Translations under genes and position numbers: made by a program
In this document: positions 11,500 to 24,066 of the stretch, piece by piece
How positions within the stretch are numbered: the stretch's first letter is position 1
Layout of the letters: every line of letters starts with the position of its first letter
Notes under the pieces: generated by a model
Database searches by the model: none
The model's input: the letters and a program-made list of their open reading frames with translations, nothing else
Told to the model about the DNA's origin: nothing
Origin: Torpedo marmorata
Lineage: Eukaryota
Assembly: GCA_977017645.1 (NCBI GenBank)
Contig: OZ360233.1
Coordinates: forward strand, 21,452,001-21,516,000
Reading direction: 5' to 3'
DNA length: 64,000 nucleotides

Positions 11500-12055
11500 T
11501 TCTGCCATGTTGGTTTAATTAAATATTATTGCGTTCGGTTCTGGTCGCCTCATTATAGGAAGGATACTGATGCTTTGGAGAGGGTGCAGATGAGATTTAA
11601 CAGGCTGTTGCCTGGATTGGAGAGCGTGTATTATGAAGCAAGGTTGATAGAACTATGGCTTTTCTCTTTCGATCGACGAAGGATGAGAGGTGACTAGAGG
11701 TATTTCAGATCATATGGGGCTTTTTTAGGGTGGAAAGCCAGCGCCTTTTTTCCTGGGCGACAATAGCAAATTCCAAATGCCATCTGTTCAGAGTGTATGG
11801 AGGAAAGCTGAGGAAAGAGGCCAGAGATATGTATTTTTACTCGGAGTGTGGTGGGTGTCTGGAATGCATTGCTGGGCTGGTGGTGGAAAATAGGGGCATT
11901 CAAAAGATTCTAAAATGGTCATATTGATGCAAGACAAATAAGGGGTTATGGGTGTGACGTAGGCAAAATTAGATTGTTGGGGATAAGGTATACATTGGAG
12001 GTCTGAATGGCCTGTACCGTATTGTACTGTACTCTGCTATAGTGTTCTATGTTCT
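11500..12055 (+). mobile_element. CR1 LINE 3' fragment (ORF2 C-terminus + 3'UTR)
   Basis: YCVRFWSPHYRKDTDALERVQ..RRRMRGD is the typical CR1 ORF2 C-terminal motif; (TCTATG)-like tail. Confidence 0.88.
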
Positions 12056-12588
12056 ATATTCCCCCCAAAGGTTGTACGTAGGTTGAGGCAACAACCATGC
12101 AGCATTTGGACTAGAATCTGGCGGTCTAAAGGGAAGTTTAGTCTCTATAAATCCCTCTCTGCGACTTCCTTAAGTTTGAATTGGGACATTTTCTCTTCTT
12201 GTAACTTCGGGGCACTGAGACATCGAGTGTAGTCACAAGGAGCATTAAATAACGTCTCACCTATCATCACATCGCAGAGAAAATATGCTCACAATTACTA
12301 ATGTATTCATGCATAAAACGACAACCAGAACAAACGTTGCACCTCATTGTTTCACTGCACTTTCTAATGATACAGCTTAAACTCTGCATCATTATTTAAT
12401 ATATCATACCGAACGCTCTTCCAATAATAGGCTTAAACAATATATCTTTCAGTGATATATAACAAACGACATTATTCCATCGATAGATATAGATAGAATA
12501 TCCTATTAATACATCATAAAGGACATAGGCCTCACAGTGTAACTTATATAATATCTCTCATGAAATACAAAACATGTTATTCTTAATC

Positions 12589-13530
12589 TTTATTTTTCAA
12601 TATTTTTATTTGTTTCATCAAGTGAATGTTACATAGGTACGTAATAATAAAATAAAGTATTAAAAAAATTACATATAATAATAAAAATGGTGGTAAGACC
12701 TACGTTACATTGAAAATAGCTTTTTTTTAAAAACCTGAAAAAAAGCACTATACTAATTATCAATCCCCTCCCTTCAGAGGCTGCTGGCTAAACATAAACA
12801 GTCCACTACCTAATAATAAAAAAGAAGGTAATCAATGGGATCAAAAACCAACAATTAATTAATCTTACAAATTTCGAAAATAATTAAGAAAAGAACTCCA
12901 TAAGGAAACAAAGTTACGATTCATTTCAGTAGTGGAACATCTAATTTTTTCCAAAGTCAAACATGCCATCATATCAGACAACCATTGAGTATGAGTGGGA
13001 GGGACAGCATCTTTCCATCTCGTTAATATAGCCCTTCTAGCGATAAGGGAAGCAAGAACAACTACATGGGATTGTGACGCAGTCAATATTAGACCCATTG
13101 GCCCACTTATTCCAAAGAAAGCAAGAAAAGGATTTGGAGTCAAATTAATGTTAAGAAATAAAGACAAGGTACGGAATACACCTTCCCAAAAATTAGAAAG
13201 AGAAGGACATAACCAGAACATATGATACAATGTACCTTCTTCAGTTATACATTGATCACATTTAGAATAAAAATCAGAATAGAATTTAGCCAATTGGTCT
13301 TTGGAATAGTGAACCCAGTGTACTACCTTAAATTGTAATAATGAATGTCTGACACAAAGAGAGGATGAGTGCACTCGCTTCAAAAGAGAGTTCCATGCAG
13401 TTTCAGAAATTAATTGTTGAAAATCGTGTTCCCATAGTTTTTTGATTCTGTCCAGGGAACTATCCCTCGAACTTAAATGTAAATCATAAAGGACTGATAA
13501 CATCCGTTTATGATCAAGTTTGAAACTATA
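12589..13530 (-). mobile_element. 5'-truncated L1-clade LINE with 15-bp TSD
   Basis: ORF 12865-13503 has L1 ORF2 C-terminal CxxC..HxxxxC; TSD ATGTTATTCTTAATC at 12574-12588 and 13531-13545; A-rich tail. Confidence 0.9.
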
Positions 13531-13862
13531 ATGTTATTCTTAATCAAGTGCAGACACTCTGTCTCCTAAAATAGCCTTCAGAAGTGAATCTCGTTCAGAG
13601 TTATTCGCTCTTACTGAATTACACCAAATCCTCATCTGTCAAATTGAGTTAGGCAGAATGTGCCAAAACTAAAACCTGGCAGTGAGATCGGTTCAATTAA
13701 TAACGCAATTAATGCAATCCCGCGCCGTGAATGCAGTCAGCATTGTTTTACAAAGATGCCAATTAATTTAGTAACACCCTGAATGTGATATTGACAGCGG
13801 TTCGGCCTAAAAGCCGCTCAGTTGCAAAAGACGGGGTTTTTGTTCATGGCATTTTTACTGTG

Positions 13863-13926
13863 GGATATGATGGATCAGGTTATCGGCTAATATTCGGAGA
13901 TGGGGCCAAGCTCACTGTAATTCCAA
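13863..13926 (+). CDS. TRAJ: J segment GYDGSGYRLIFGDGAKLTVIP
   Basis: perfect nonamer 13835-13843, heptamer TACTGTG 13856-13862, donor GTGAGT. Confidence 0.93.
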
Positions 13927-14009
13927 GTGAGTATGGATCGGTAAAAAACACAAATTCTGGAGAAACTCAGCAGGTCAAACAGTGCATTTTATGTAGCAAA
14001 GGTTGAAAT

Positions 14010-14052
14010 ACATAACCGACGTTTCGGGCTTGAGCCCTTCATCAAAATATGA
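14010..14052 (-). ncRNA. Minimal hammerhead-ribozyme-like motif in a Penelope-like repeat arm
   Basis: Minus strand: UUGAUGA-A-GGGC UCAA GCCC-GAAAC-GUC; C3 is replaced by U. Confidence 0.55.
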
Positions 14053-14934
14053 GAAAATGCGGGCAGGTGTCCGACAGTTCGTGTATAAATTAAGTTTAGG
14101 CTGGATTAACATTTTAAAATGCATCTGTGAATGCTACGAAACTTCGTCAGAGGCGACTTATAACTGCTGGCATTGGCAAAAGAGCCCATGAAGATTTTCA
14201 CGTGTTATTGTAACCAAGCTAATACCGCACGTTGTTTAAATTGGTTGTTTTCTCTGGAACGTCGGAGAATAAGGGGGAGACTTCAGAGAAGTGTATTACA
14301 TTATGAGAGGCAAAGATAGGGTGGATGACAAGAATCTTTTCCAATGGTTAAAAGTCACATACTTGAGGACATGCAATTAAAATGAAGCGGGGAAGGTAAA
14401 GGAGAAGTGCAGGGCTGTTGTTTTTTTATACAGTAAGTGTAATGGTGCCTGGAACGGGATGCCAGGGAAGCAGGTGCGATGGGAGAGTTTAACAGGCTTC
14501 TGAAGTGACACACGAAAGTGCACGTGCAGACGTTTAGTTTACTTTGGACATCACGTTTGGAGTAGACATCGTGGGCCGAATGGCTTGTTCCTTTGCTCTA
14601 CTGTTCCATGTTGTATGTTCTCATTAAAAACTAGACAATAGCCCTCGCTATAATATTCAAAAGCAGTATCCTGAACACAGGGTGTTCGCAAGTCTCTCCC
14701 TAATTCAACGTCAGCAAACTGACTCCAGTCTGAATTGTGCAAGGATATGTTAAGATAGAAAAGGTTACGTTTACGGGCTAGGGCCGTGTCGTTCTTGTAA
14801 TATGCGGAATTAGTTCAAATTTAATTGGAAAATATGTCATTAAAATGGCCCCACGGGTCTTTGGTGGAATGGGCTACGAACGTGTTTCTCAGACTGCATC
14901 TCCCGGGGTTTCTGGTATGGCATGTGCCACCGTG

Positions 14935-14997
14935 TGAGGTATAGCAGTGGCACCAGACTGATGTTTGGAAAGGGGACGAAACTCCTCGTGGAATCAA
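14935..14997 (+). CDS. TRAJ: J segment RYSSGTRLMFGKGTKLLVES (copy 2)
   Basis: RSS 14907-14934, donor GTAAGT. Confidence 0.9.
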
Positions 14998-16318
14998 GTA
15001 AGTGTGACAAATAAGTCATTGGGTTACGCACAAAATGGTCACGGCTCAATATCACACAATTCCATCCGTCGAGTCTAGCTCTTTACAGGCTCTTCGGATC
15101 AATTATCCATATCGACCAAGTTCTCTCCTGGAACTGGTCCCTTTTGTCTGCGTGTGTCCTATATCCCTCTGAATGTTTATTATCCGTCAATCCAATCGTT
15201 TTATAAACTTTATAATTGTACCCGCATCTCTCACCTCCTCTGGCATTTCGTTCTGTACAGAAACCAACCTCTGCGCAAGAAGAACCTTTCCCGGTGCTGT
15301 TCCCTGCTGTACATTTTAGGTGGAACTAGACATAGCAATCTCAATTTCTCTGAGATTTCCGCCTCTCTCCGTAACCTCTTATCTGACTATTTACCTGATT
15401 CATGCCCCCCATGACTTTATAACCTGTAGAAAGTCAACCCTCAACCTTCTCTGCTCCATGGAGAAAGGTTTCTGATTTTACAAGCTCTCATCATAACTTA
15501 AGCTGTTCGTTCCCAGTAACAATCTCATGAATATTTTCGGCATCCTTTCTAACATAATGACATATTTAGTTTCCGATTCAATTTGTGGACCTTTCCTTAT
15601 CTCTGTGTTGTACACAAAGGGAAGGGAAATTGGAAGCATATTTGCACTGTAGTGTGGCAGATACAAGTTGGTATTTGGATACGGGACGAAGCTGCCTGTG
15701 ATTCCGAGTGAGTGGGGAATAGTTCGTATTGGACTTGTTTCATGCTGGAGATATACATATATTGCAAATTTCATTAGAGTTTGAAAATGCAAATTTAGGA
15801 CGTTATGTAATGTATAGGTAAATATCATTGAAGTATTGTTAATATAATTGAAAATGTATTGAAGCTGCAAAAGATTCCACTCGAAAACAAATTATATCGA
15901 AGCCAATACCATCAACGTTGAAGCATATTGCTTTCGACCATGGTGGAGTAAAAAAAAACATAGAGAGGGTAAGAAATAGATGCAAGAGAAGACCATTCAG
16001 CTTCCCGAGCTTGTTCCTCAATTGAACTAGACGATTGCTGATACTTCAGCTCAAAACCATTTCCTCCGCTCTCCCCGTATTCCTTCAATGTACAGATATT
16101 CATCGATCTCCATTGTGGGTGAAAGTAGCTCTCCGGTGTATATAGTTACAAATAGCCATCACCCTGAGTGAAGTTATTTCTCCTCAATTCACTTCTAAAT
16201 GGCCGAGAGCTCATTCAGAAAATATCCACCCCTTTATTTTAAGGATTACCAGCCGCCTACTTTGTAGTTTGGTCCCTACTCATTGCCAAGAATTTTTGTA
16301 CGTCTATCACACACTGTG

Positions 16319-16380
16319 GCCGAATGTTGGTGGATACGATCTCATATTTGGATCGGGTACGAAACTTACAGTTCAACCAA
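16319..16380 (+). CDS. TRAJ: J segment PNVGGYDLIFGSGTKLTVQP
   Basis: nonamer AATTTTTGT 16291-16299, heptamer CACTGTG 16312-16318, donor GTAGGT. Confidence 0.9.
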
Positions 16381-16633
16381 GTAGGTTCAAGACGGTTTGT
16401 TTGGACTCTTCCAAGGGTATCGGTTTTTCAATGGTAGCCGTGTGCATCATTATTATGTAACAGAGCAGGTGAAAGCAGGTGATCCAAACAAGTGAGAAAT
16501 ACATCCATATATACTTAATGGTGCTTTGTTTTGTCTACACTCTCGATTGTTGTATCTGAGTCCTGTAATGAGCATGGTGCGGACGTAAGATATAATGGAG
16601 TGAATGGTCTCTGTTTGGGAATTGGACGCTGTG

Positions 16634-16696
16634 TGACTTATACCAGCACTAACGTCGTTGTCTTTGGAAGTGGGACACATTTGACTGTGTAAAGGA
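16634..16696 (+). pseudogene. TRAJ: J pseudogene (in-frame TAA, no donor), copy of 2217
   Basis: RSS 16606-16633; GTG TAA; donor ATAGGT. Confidence 0.87.
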
Positions 16697-17643
16697 ATAG
16701 GTCATATCTTATATTTATAATGGCATATACGAAGACTGGTGACAACGCATATTAAAGAGATTCTGACAAACTATTATGGGATTACGTTCATAAACTCAGT
16801 CAATCTGTGGAAACGCTTAACTTTTCAGGGCAAGACTTTAACCAATATTGGTGCTTTTTTTCCATTTGTAAGAACTTAAAGAGGCAATGTGATCTGCAGA
16901 AGGCATTATAGGGGTGCAGGGTCACTGAAACCTTGGATGTACTGATGGTAACAGAATAGGTTGAGACGTGTTGTGAATAAAAACAAAGGGAATCCTGGAG
17001 GAGATTGTGCAAAGATTTCGTGTGGCGCTGGTTTGGCCAGAGCGGGAGTATTGGACGTATGACAGACCTTCAAGCAAGGATGTAGAAAGCTCGTCTTATT
17101 CTGGTCAGAGCAGAGGAGGCAAGGGGGGGATGCGACCCAAGTGGCCTGAGGCATGAATGTTCAGACAAATGAAAGTGATCTGCTCTCGTTGGCGGGAGGA
17201 GGAAACAGAGGTGAGATCACTTGCCATAAAAAGATCGCAGCGAGGAGTGATGACTTTGAGTTCATTGAAGGGAATTTGGAAGCATATTCAACCACAGCTT
17301 TCAAGGGGGAGTATACCATAGTACAGATGCAGGTGTGGGAAGATTGCAGATCTGTAAATAAGAGCCCATGGAAAAGGTTTTGAATTAACAGATAACATAG
17401 AGGTTTAATGAACCGAATAGCCCACTTCTGTGTTCGTTGAGCTTCTTGGCAATCAAAGAAATTGCCTAAAGAGGGACTTTCTGCGTCCTAACGTTTAAGA
17501 AAGGCTGCGAATAATAAACTGGTGTCCCTGAACGTGTAATTAGTGGCAATAGTTAACGTGGTAACTAATTCCAAAACCTTTCAGGAATTTCACGTTCAGG
17601 AAGTTTGATTGGGAACTAAATCAGGGCAATGCATTCAGAAGCG

Positions 17644-17704
<61 letters not shown>

Positions 17705-17836
17705 AGCGAACATTGTCCAACTATGGAAGAGGCAGGCTAATATCAGGATATTGAATCAAACTGACGGTGTAGCTCAGTGAGTGATGATATTCTCACGTCA
17801 GCTTCCACGGTTTACAATGCTGGGTGTGATAGTGTG

Positions 17837-17893
17837 GGAATCATTGGAAATCTGTGCTTATATTTTGAAGTATATCATTGATTGCGAGACCCA
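17837..17893 (+). pseudogene. TRAJ: Degenerate J pseudogene type C, copy of 3403
   Basis: TAGTGTG 17830-17836; TTT TGA. Confidence 0.65.
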
Positions 17894-18050
17894 GTAATAA
17901 TTTGAATAAATAATAGGTCAAATCTAAACTTTCGTGAAAACTCACAAAATTGGTGATTGCTATTTTATCTTTTGAAATAAAATATGCAATAACCGTAGTG
18001 CAGCGGGAGGTCAACTAAACTGAGTTCTTGTGAGGAGTTCACATGCTGTG

Positions 18051-18113
18051 TGAGTTCTGGAGGGTTCAACAAGATAGTATTTGGAACCGGCAGCAGGCTA
18101 ATGGTTAATCCTG
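18051..18113 (+). CDS. TRAJ: J segment SSGGFNKIVFGTGSRLMVNP
   Basis: RSS 18023-18050, donor GTAAGA. Confidence 0.88.
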
Positions 18114-18296
18114 GTAAGACCTCAATATTCAAATATAGTTTCATTCTTCTACACTCCAGAGAATAAAATCATAACCTGTTTTACCTTTCCCTGTAATTCA
18201 GTTCCACATGTCCTGTCAAAATCCTTGTCAATCTTCTCTGCACGCTTTCAATCAAAATACCCTTGTGGTGTTTTTGTACCGGTGATTAGTACTGTG

Positions 18297-18356
18297 TGGA
18301 TTATGGTAACACTGGTCTGACATTCGGCCCAGGAACGAGGTTAACAGTGAAGCCCA
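18297..18356 (+). CDS. TRAJ: J segment DYGNTGLTFGPGTRLTVKP
   Basis: RSS 18269-18296, donor GTAAGT. Confidence 0.92.
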
Positions 18357-18716
18357 GTAAGTTTTTAAAATGCTAATTCATCAACGACCTTCTCTTTCTG
18401 CTTCATTTGTGTACCTGGTTATCAGATTTCCAGAGATGTGATATAAAATCGAGCAATTCGTATTATCCTGAAGTATTTTTCAATATGCGGCTTTAATCTG
18501 GAATAATATCACGGACAGGAGAGACTCCTGGCCCAGCAATGGAGGGATCGGAAAGGGAGAGGAGAAAATAACCTTAATGGGTCATGAGCAGAATAGAAGA
18601 GAATAAAGTTAGAATCAAATGTTGCACGTTATCTCATTGCTTGGACTGCATGAGGTAAAAGCATGTCTGAGTAATTGGTGCTTGCAGAGGTTTTTCTGAC
18701 GGGGTTGGGCATTCTG

Positions 18717-18778
18717 TGAATAACTTGGGATCCACGCCTCTCGTCTTTGGAAGTGGCACCAAACTGACTGTAGACCCA
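18717..18778 (+). pseudogene. TRAJ: Probable J pseudogene NNLGSTPLVFGSGTKLTVDP
   Basis: heptamer CATTCTG; donor GTTGAT out of phase. Confidence 0.75.
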
Positions 18779-19546
18779 GTTGATGGTTTCATCCACTACC
18801 AACCACCAGTTGCTTGAGTTCTAATATCTCGTGTATATCCTTTAGTAAATTATTATCGTCTATCTAATGTTTACCAATAGTGTCGACGATCTATTTCTAT
18901 TAAAAAAACATATGGGCAACTAAACTGCAGCCTTCTTCTCACCAATTAAATAATCCATATATATAACTGGGTAATATTTATTTGTGAATGTTACTAGTTT
19001 CCCGCTGGTCCTGATTGTGGTGTTGTAGTTTCATGCAAAACTATTTGTTGTTCCACATCTGGAGGAACTCGTCAGTAAATAAGCCCTGGGGTTAATCTAA
19101 CAGTACTGTGTATACCTTTCATTTTGATTTCAATGTGATTTGAAATCTTGTCAGCGCTGAGTCTTCCTCAGGTTAAAGTAACGGTTTCCTTATACTGCTT
19201 CAGATTTTAAAACGGAATCACAATCTGGAATTTGTAAATGCATCTTGCCCCATATTGTTCGTTGTCAATAGGTCGTGCAACTGTTCTGTTATTAGTTTTG
19301 CAGTGTGGATTCTGGCACAATAAATAGGAGAGGGTGTGTTTGTTATTGCGATCGAGGTGGACACAAACATATAGAAGAGGGTGGTCGAGATCATGGAAAG
19401 GCTGGGGAATTGATTTACAAATTAGGTCCAAACAACAAACTATTGGGGATATGCGCATGAAACACGTATTGGTTGTTTAATGTGATGAAGTTCTCCCCTG
19501 CAGCAATGTATATCCTGGTGTTTTTGTACAGGCAGTTGGTAATTTG

Positions 19547-19612
19547 CGTACACTGGTGGAATTTCTGGGAAGTTAACATTCGGATCAGGAGCCAGGTTAA
19601 CTGTCACCACAA
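19547..19612 (+). CDS. TRAJ: J ORF YTGGISGKLTFGSGARLTVTT with defective heptamer
   Basis: nonamer 19519-19527; heptamer TAATTTG; donor GTATGT. Confidence 0.75.
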
Positions 19613-20856
19613 GTATGTATTTCAAAGGGCAGTTTACGAAATTCTTGTTGTCGTGTCGAATTGTAATAACTGGTTTCTGCCTTTTAAATACCTGGTCGAA
19701 ATTGACGAAAGATGAAATAAACTGCAAATGTATGAAATCTGAACCAGAAAGAGTTATCGCAGGGAGTGATTAACAAGTCAAGCATTGTCAGTAAAAAAGG
19801 TGACAGAGACAACATTTCAAATCAGAGACGTTAGTTAACCGCTTCTCTCTCCCTCTTTCTTTCTCCCTCTCTCTCTCGCTCTCATCTCTCTTTTCTCTAC
19901 ATCTTTCCCCTCTCTCCTCTATCTTCTCTCTCTTTCTCTCCCCCTCTTTCTCCTTTCACCCTCTTTCCCTTCCTATCTCCTCTCTCTCACTCTCCACTCT
20001 CTTTCTTTCCTACCGCCTGCGTTTCTCTCATGCTCACCTCTCTCATTCCTCCTCGCTCTCTCTCTCTCTCCCCATCGCTTTTCTCTCCCCCTCTCTCTCA
20101 CTCTCTGCATCCTCTCCTTCACTCTACAGTAGGCGTTTTCGTTNNNNNNNNNNNNNNNNNNNNNNNNNNNNNNNNNNNNNNNNNNNNNNNNNNNNNNNNN
20201 NNNNNNNNNNNNNNNNNNNNNNNNNNNNNNNNNNNNNNNNNNNNNNNNNNNNNNNNNNNNNNNNNNNNNNNNNNNNNNNNNNNNNNNNNNNNNNNNNTTT
20301 ATCTTTTAATAGAAACAAGAATCATTCTCATCTGGATTAATGTCCGGCCATTTGATAATAAATTCATCTATGCACTTCAACCAAGAGTCTCTCACAGTAA
20401 TTTAGTCGCGTTCAAATAATACTTAGATAGATGCAAAAAGAATAGGAAACTCTGCCGAACTAGGAGACCATTCTCGTAAAGGTTTCAACATGTATTAGAT
20501 CTGATTATTTAAATGCAGTCCGGTCAGAAACCCGCGGATTTAAGGGCTGACGCATCAGATATTGGAACAATTCACAAAAGCCACAGCTTACTTTTGAAAT
20601 CGATTGGATCCTCTGCATTGTTTAAAGAACTCCAATTATTTTTACGTGCGTTCTGTGCAGTAAGATTTCACGAAATGTTTACAGTCCATTTGACTTATTG
20701 GTTTCGAGTGAGTACTTATTATTTTGGAGGGAATTCTATTAAAGGCATATTGATCATGTGTAAATGAGGTAGGAATGAGAACAATGTCGGTCTAAGATGT
20801 CATTTTCAAGATCAAAACAACCCGGAGGTGTTTTTGTATCGGTGATTCGCATTGTG

Positions 20857-20913
20857 TGAATTCTGGTAATGACATAACATTTGGCCCAGGGACGAGGTTA
20901 ACAGTGACGCCCA
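20857..20913 (+). CDS. TRAJ: J segment NSGNDITFGPGTRLTVTP
   Basis: RSS 20829-20856, donor GTAAGT. Confidence 0.92.
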
Positions 20914-21291
20914 GTAAGTATTTCAAGCATACGTTCATTTTCCTTGTTATCTATCTGTTAAATTGATGGATTCTGTTTCCCGGCTCCAGAACTGTGGTCT
21001 AACATGGAGGAATTCGTATGATACAGAAATATAGTAATGGGTTTAACTAAGTGCAAAGGGTCGTTGGAAAATATTTTATTTTGCAAATATGACAGGGTTG
21101 AATCTTGTCGGAGGAATGGAGAGGGGTGTCCGAGTAAGAAAGGAAACGTTCCAAGATGATTCAGTTTCAGGGTAAGAGGGGATTGAAACTCCAGTCAAAT
21201 GTTATGACTTGCTCTGATTTCCTCGGGGCTGCGTGAGGATACGGGCCAACTGAGTAACCGGAAAAGTTTTGTGACAGGGTTCAACGTTCTG

Positions 21292-21343
21292 TAAATGGAT
21301 TGGGATCAGCTCCTCTCATATTCGGAGGTCACCTTCGAACCCA
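21292..21343 (+). pseudogene. TRAJ: J pseudogene, copy of 6922 (donor also lost)
   Basis: FR4 deletion; donor ATAAGT. Confidence 0.8.
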
Positions 21344-22125
21344 ATAAGTTGGACAATACCTTTATATGTTGCTCAACAACCAGTTGCACGTCCGTACATT
21401 TAGTGTGTGTAGCTTAGTAAAGTATTATTGACACATGGTCAGAGGTTACATGTAGTCAGCCATCATATCATTTTCAAAGAAAGTGTGGGCGTGTAATCAA
21501 TTATATATTACTCAGCCACGGCCTTTTGCTGTCCAATTTAACGGCGAATATTCATCACAAATTGTATTCTATTTGTAACTGTGAGGAACTGCCTATTACA
21601 TTTTTGTAATAATGTCGCAGCTTAATGGAAAAAAAGATATGTTGTTCCAAATCTGGAATAAATACAAGCAGTTACATGGTGGATCACCCTTAAATGTTAA
21701 AATCCGACAGAACATGTGATGAATCACGTCCAAAGAGAATTAGGTCACAAATACGCGCTTGAGGTTAATCCACCAATACTTGAACATTTACAATGCGTCT
21801 TTCAACTGATCGCTGAAATCGTGTCAGAACTAAATTATACTCCGTGGAAGGGATGTACTTCCTGAAGCTGTTTCATGGCCATTTTTTAAGGAATAAATCT
21901 TGTTAGACAGTTTATCGTTCTTAAGAAATAAATGTCAGGTCTTCAGTTGTGAGTTCGGCAGAGTGAGTTCAGGAAATAAATAACCTGACAAATAAGCCTG
22001 ATCTTCAATACTGTGATCGAGGTGGCTATGTTTCTATTGGGAAAAGTGACAAAATTCATTGTATCGATGACGAGAGGATGGAAAGGTTGGGTTTAGAAGA
22101 AGGAGGGTGGGTTTATTCAAACCGA

Positions 22126-22325
22126 AGGGTGGCACGGTTGGCGTAGCGGGTAGCGCAACGCTGTTACAGCGCCAGCGACCAGGACCGGAACGAGGTTCGA
22201 ATCCCGCGCTGTCTGAAAGGAGTTAGTATATTCTCCCCGTGTCTGCATCGGTTTTCTCCATGGCTCCGGTTTCCTCCCACCGTTCAAAAATCGTAACTAG
22301 GGCGGCACGAACTCGTGGGTCTAAA
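22126..22325 (+). mobile_element. V-SINE (HE1-like), copy of 7741 with internal deletion
   Basis: A/B boxes and V-domain. Confidence 0.85.
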
Positions 22326-22949
22326 TTATTTTAAAAAAAGATCCTAAAGGACACGCAGAAAGTCGGCGATGCTTGAATCTAGACCAAAAGCAATATGGCA
22401 GAGGTTCTCAGCGGGCCGAGCAACGACATTTGGAAAAAAGGAATGGGCGACGTTTTGAACGTTCGCAATCCGAAATGTCCACCATTCTTTTCTCTCGATC
22501 CAGTGAGATCCTCAGGCAGATTTTTTTTTTTTTTGCTTAAGACCTTAATTGGCCTTGGCAGGGTTGATGTTGAGGTATTCAAGGTTCACGTTTTCTTTCA
22601 TTTCCACGAAATAATACCTTAAAATGTAATAGTCAGAAGAATGTCGAGTAAGGGGACATAGTTACAAAATAACGGGCTGGTGACAGATGTGTTAAAGATC
22701 AATGAATTTAAAGGCATTGGGGAACTGGGGAGAGAAAGTGAGTTAAGGCCTGGAGCGATCTGCCATGGTCATGTTGAATGGTAAAGCAGGATTGAACGGT
22801 CTGGTGGTGTAGACCTATTCGTACTTGCTCTTCTGCTCTTGTATGTCTCGCACCTAACGGGAATCAATCTGATTGGGTGTCGAGAATACAAGGTCAACTT
22901 GGTAAGGAATATAGTCCCGGGTGTTTTTGTACTGTTCGTTGATACTGTG

Positions 22950-23015
22950 TGAGTTCTGATGGGGGCGATAGGAAGATAACGTTCGGACCAGGAACAAGGC
23001 TAACCGTGGCTCCCA
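22950..23015 (+). CDS. TRAJ: J segment SSDGGDRKITFGPGTRLTVAP
   Basis: RSS 22922-22949, donor GTAAGT. Confidence 0.92.
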
Positions 23016-23436
23016 GTAAGTTATCCCTACCCAATCTCTCGGTACGCTGAGCCAGAATTGTTCATCTGGGTTCCAGATTTTCAAACGAACCTCGAAAATT
23101 AGAAAATGCATCACCATTAAAAAAATATTACATGTTGGTAATTGAAATAAAAACGCAAACGCAGGAAAATTCCAGCAGGATAGTCAGAGTCGGGGAGAGA
23201 GGCGTGGAGTCAACGTTTCATATCAATGACCTGTCTCCCTTTCTCTCCATACATGCCTGTTTGATTGCTATAAATGCATTCAAAACTGCAAACTAAGATA
23301 ATACATGCTCATACTCAAGCATAAGATGCATATATTTCATCAGAAAGATGGGAGTGCCAGAAGGATATAGAGTTGAGTCGCTATTCTCCGGACAAAACAG
23401 CCTCGGGGTGTTTTTGTACCCGTGAATAGTACTGTG

Positions 23437-23496
23437 TGAATTCTGGTGTTAACGTTCTGATATTTGGACCAGGATCGAAGTTGACTGTCATACCCA
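23437..23496 (+). CDS. TRAJ: J segment NSGVNVLIFGPGSKLTVIP
   Basis: RSS 23409-23436, donor GTAAGT. Confidence 0.92.
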
Positions 23497-24008
23497 GTAA
23501 GTGTTTCAAACAAAATTTGATCCACGTTCATCTCTTTGCGTTGGTCCTTTTTAGAAATGTGAAATAAACAGGGTCGATTCGCAGTGTCCAGAAATATGTT
23601 CAAAGAATTACTTTAATTCGGGGGTACAGGGCATTGGGAATAACTGTGCTATTAAAATATAGGTGAAGCCCTCCCCATGATTAGAGATAGATATGGCGAA
23701 AAATTGAAGGGAATATCCCAAGATGGACTGGGCAGGAGGATTACTTGCTATCACTTTGAAGGTATCCAGAAGTGGTGGTGGAGGCTGCTACAACAGGAAC
23801 ATTCAAAATACACAGAGAGTTAAGAAAAATGGGTTATGGGTGTGAAGTAGGAAGGATTAGATTGTTGCGCACTAGGTTTATATAGGTCGGAAAAATATCG
23901 TGGGCTGAGTGACCTGTAACTATGCTGCAATGTTCTATGTTCTACGGTAACAAGATAACTGATTAACTGTTGAAGAGAAATGGTTTTGCGGCAGGTTTGA
24001 ACATTGTG

Positions 24009-24066
24009 TGTGTGGAGACATCCCCCCTCACGTGTGGACGTGAGACCAGCCTCACCGTAGAACCCA
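24009..24066 (+). pseudogene. TRAJ: Atypical J ORF CVETSPLTCGRETSLTVEP (copy 2)
   Basis: RSS 23981-24008, donor GTGGGT. Confidence 0.75.

Larger units (their letters stand above)
1..14416 (+). repeat. ~14.4-kb tandem segmental duplication, period 1
   Basis: Near-identical to 14417-28758 over its full length; the ORF track repeats at offset ~14416. Confidence 0.97.

Noticed and set aside
12865-13503. 212-aa ORF as a host zinc-finger gene
   Set aside because: L1 ORF2 C-terminus inside a TSD-flanked truncated insertion; frameshifted in copy 2
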